Below are positions 59,931 through 64,000 of a stretch of DNA of 64,000 nucleotides, one piece after another; position 1 is the first letter of the stretch; each line of letters begins with the position of its first letter. Where the stretch lies: assembly GCF_009914755.1 (NCBI RefSeq), contig NC_060927.1; one strand, written 5' to 3'. The notes beneath the pieces were generated by a model that saw nothing but the letters and a program-made list of their open reading frames with translations, was not told the DNA's origin and ran no database searches. A program made the position numbers and the translations under genes. Source of the DNA: the human T2T-CHM13v2.0 reference genome, Homo sapiens.

Positions 59931-60791
59931 CTTCAGAGGCTGGGGAGCCTTTTCGGCTACCTGCTTCATTACACCCTTTAAGGGAGTCCTCCTGAATATT
60001 TACACAAAAGGGAAGTTGGAAAAAAAAAAAACATTTGTTATAAACAAAGGATTAAGTCAAAACTTTGAAAACTACTGACTCGGCGGAACTTCCGTTCCAA
60101 AGGTAGGAGAAATAAGTAAATGAATAATTTCAAAATGTGGTAAACACTACGAAGAAAATAAAGGTGACACAAGAAAAGTGCTCTAATAAAAACTGGGTTC
60201 TTGGGGAAGGCCTCCCTTTAGAACACTTTACGTACAAGCGACCATCAACTCTCACGCCACACAGAACCAGAAGCACGATGAGGTAGAACCGTCGTTAATA
60301 GTTCTCATCCATCCTAGAATTCATATTGCCTGTTATTAATTAACGAATACAATCATCCCAGTCGTTTAGCAATTCAACAACAGGTAGCAAACCCCCTCGA
60401 GACTTTGAATACGCTCTAAACAAAACTTGAAGCTGCTTTTACCACGCTTGCTCGGTCTTTAGGGATCATTGTTCACACACCTAAGGCAGCTGACAAAAGA
60501 GAGAGAGTCACACTCGCTTAGTGGCTGAGCTCGACCTGCTCTGGCACACGAGACTGAGCAGGGGCTTTCACCATGCGTGCGTAGGCTCAGAGGAGAGAGC
60601 CCCGAACCCCAGTCAGGCCCCGGGATCGCGGGCGCCCAGAGCGGGCGGCGGGGGCGTGGCGGGCCCGGCGCCTGCCTTTGTTGTCCCTCGTGGCGTGCGG
60701 GGGGGAGGGGCGGCCCGAGGCCCGCGAGGCCAGCTGCCGCCTCCGGCCCCGGTCGCGTGGTCTCCCGGCCCCCACGGGCGCGCGAACCCAC

Positions 60792-60986
60792 CTTCTTGTA
60801 GTGCTTGCCCAGCCAGACCCGCACCGAATCCAGCTGGGACACCGTCTCCGGGCTCTCCCAAAACTTGGTGGCCGGGCCCCCATCCTTCCGTCGATAAACA
60901 GCTAGGCCTGCGGCTGCCGCCGCAATCCCCGAGCCCGTGGCGCCTACCGCTGTCCCCGGCCCGCCGCCGCCCGCCGCTGCGGCCAT
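60792..60986 (-). CDS. SMARCC1: SMARCC1 (BAF155) coding exon 1, aa 1-65 ([11 protein letters not shown]...WLGKHYKK)
   Basis: ATG at 60986 (GCGACG ATG G); 195 nt translate to the recognised BAF155 N-terminus; donor AAG|GTGGGT at 60792/60791; phase 0. Confidence 0.98.
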
Positions 60987-61094
60987 CGTCGCAGCCCGTC
61001 GTCCCCACAGCCTGGCCCACCCCGGCCCTCGCGGTGTTTCCCGGTCGTTCCCGCGCGCACCCCCGCGCGCGTAGCCGCCACTGCCGCTTCCCGG

Positions 61095-61191
61095 CCCCGC
61101 CCAGCCAACCCTCTTCCGGCGCGGACGCCCGGCCCCGCCCCATCTGGGAACTGGCACTGTATCTGACGCGAGCCAGCGCACGCGCATGCGT
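61095..61191. promoter_or_regulatory. Core-promoter motif cluster: GC boxes (61095-61102, 61133-61140), ETS CCGGAAG (61113-61119, minus), two overlapping NRF1-type sites (GCGCACGCGC 61176-61185; GCGCATGCG 61182-61190)
   Basis: Motif matches read directly from the sequence; factor binding is inferred. Confidence 0.7.
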
Positions 61192-62375
61192 AGCACTCGT
61201 GCGGCCGTGCCTTGGAATAGCACGTCCTGCGGCCTCAGCCGCCTCTTCCGCCATCCTCCGTAGGCTGCATTCTGCCCTAGTGAGCGCCGGTTTTTGAGCC
61301 TTGCTCTTCCCTCGCTACCGACGTCGAATCATTATGCGGTCAACAACCGCAGGTGGGTTATGTGTCATAGCCCGCCTCCGCTGGAGGGAAAAGGCCTGGT
61401 GCGAGAAATGCCCAAGGGAAAGCCTGTCTAGGGTATCGAGTGCTGGCCGAGGGCCCTGCACCCGGACTGGGACTGCGCCGGGCCCCGCTTTCCCTCAGGC
61501 CCTCCACCCCCAGCGGCCCGGCGGCATTTGTGAACAGCCATCTGGGACTCCCACGCCTAGGCTTTTCGGCTTCACAGACCTTCCACTCCCTCAGGGGTCC
61601 AGCCACAGCGGCTCATTCCTGCCCCAGGGGCCCTTGCACTGGCTCTTTCGAGACCTCAGCAGGTCTTCCCTTCTGATTTGCACTTACGAGACGCGTTCAG
61701 ATTCACTGCTTCAAAGGACTTCAGAAAGTAGTTGTCAGATCTTAACAATCTTGAACAACTGTTCACACCCATACACTTTCTGCATAGCGCTCACCACGAC
61801 CCGGCGTTTCTAGTTTCTCATTTACCTTCCACATAAATTACATGAGAACCTAATCTTAACTTGTTCACAGGTGTATCCTGAACACCTGAGACAAGGAACA
61901 GATGTACAGTAAATACTTGATGAGTTAATGAATGGCCCACATAGAAGCCGAAAATTTTTAAATTATTAACAAGGTATATTGGCCGGGTGCGGAGCACTTT
62001 GGGAGGCTGAGGCGGGAGGATCAATTGAGCCCAGGAGCTCTAGACCACCACACCCATCCCCGTCTCTACAAAAAATACAAAAATCAGCCAGCGTTGTGTT
62101 GCAAGCCTGTGGTCCTAGCCTCTTGGAGGGCTGAGGTGGGAGGATCCCTTGAGCTGGGGAGATGGAGGCTGCAGTGAGCTATAATCGCGCCACTCACTAC
62201 ACTTCAGCTTGGGCGACAGAGCGAAACCCTGTTTCAGAAACATAAAAAGTATGACTGGCCATAATGGAGTTGTGAACATAATGCTATATGATCGCAGAGA
62301 AGCAAGTAACTAATTGCTTGTGAGAACGTGACTAACTGCTGGTAAGTTTCTGAGATCTTTTAAAAATGAGGGTGT

Positions 62376-62438
62376 GTACATGTTTTCAGGATCTCCTGAG
62401 GGCTGTGTCACGGACAGTAAAATATATTAAATAAAAAA
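62376..62438 (+). mobile_element. ~38-nt MER4-group LTR snippet with an A-rich tail (second copy)
   Basis: GTACATGTTTTCAGGATCTCCTGAGGGCTGTGTCACGG followed by ACAGTAAAATATATTAAATAAAAAA. Confidence 0.6.
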
Positions 62439-62479
62439 GTTAATAGAATGTGATCAAGAGGGCCAGGCGAGATAGCTCA

Positions 62480-63330
<851 letters not shown>

Positions 63331-63475
63331 TGTTTTTTTGCTTTTCGGGGGTTTTTTGAGATAAAGTCTTGCTTTGTCACCCAAGCTGGAGTGCAGTGGT
63401 GTGATCATGGTTCACTGCAACCTCCACTTCCTAGGCTCAATTGATCCCTTTGTGGAGGTATTTTGAAAGTATATT

Positions 63476-63788
<313 letters not shown>

Positions 63789-64000
63789 TTAAGGCCTGGT
63801 GTGGTGGCCCACGCCTGTAATCCCAGCACTTTGGGAGGCTGAGGCAGGCGGATTACCTGAGGTCAGGAGTTAAAGACCAGCCTGACCAACATGGAGAAAC
63901 CCCATCTCTACTAAAAATACAAAATTAACCAGGTGTGGTGGTGCATCCCTATAATCCTAGCTACTCGGAGGCTGAGGCAGGAGAATGGCTGAAACCTGGA

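Larger units (their letters stand above)
60520..61640. promoter_or_regulatory. CpG island / TATA-less promoter of SMARCC1
   Basis: Sharp rise in GC and CpG density covering exon 1 and upstream sequence, against CpG-depleted flanks. Confidence 0.93.

Noticed and set aside
60521-61813. Long ORFs on both strands over the CpG island (258, 213 and 170 aa)
   Set aside because: Stop-codon scarcity in GC-rich DNA explains them; they are low complexity with no recognisable domain, and only the exon 1 part of the 254-aa ORF is real

Overview
Human/primate genomic DNA holding the 5' end of SMARCC1 (BAF155, SWI/SNF core subunit) on the minus strand. It contains a CpG-island promoter (~60.5-61.6 kb) and coding exons 1-6 (195+120+86+82+93+70 = 646 nt, aa 1-215). 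All six have canonical GT-AG borders and splice into one open frame; exon 7 lies beyond the left edge. The introns are extremely Alu-rich: a rough manual count gives ~130 Alu pieces, about two-thirds on + (antisense to the gene). They also hold a near-full-length decayed Tigger1, a solo LTR, MER30/MER58/Tigger2a, L1M/L2/MIR remnants and microsatellites. Nearly all ORF-track ORFs are Alu or GC-rich artefacts. I found no demonstrable new biological system. The best leads, all hypotheses, are: (1) two ~37-nt hairpin-plus-A-tail copies of the same MER4-group LTR snippet, possibly an unannotated micro-retroposon; (2) a triplicated acceptor/(UG)n cassette before an antisense Alu, a possible TDP-43/PTBP1-gated exon; (3) two AG|GT recursive-splice motifs; (4) phase-0 exon blocks that would give stop-free circRNAs; (5) several closely spaced or fused inverted Alu pairs. 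Repeat family names come from recalled consensus sequences and their boundaries are approximate.
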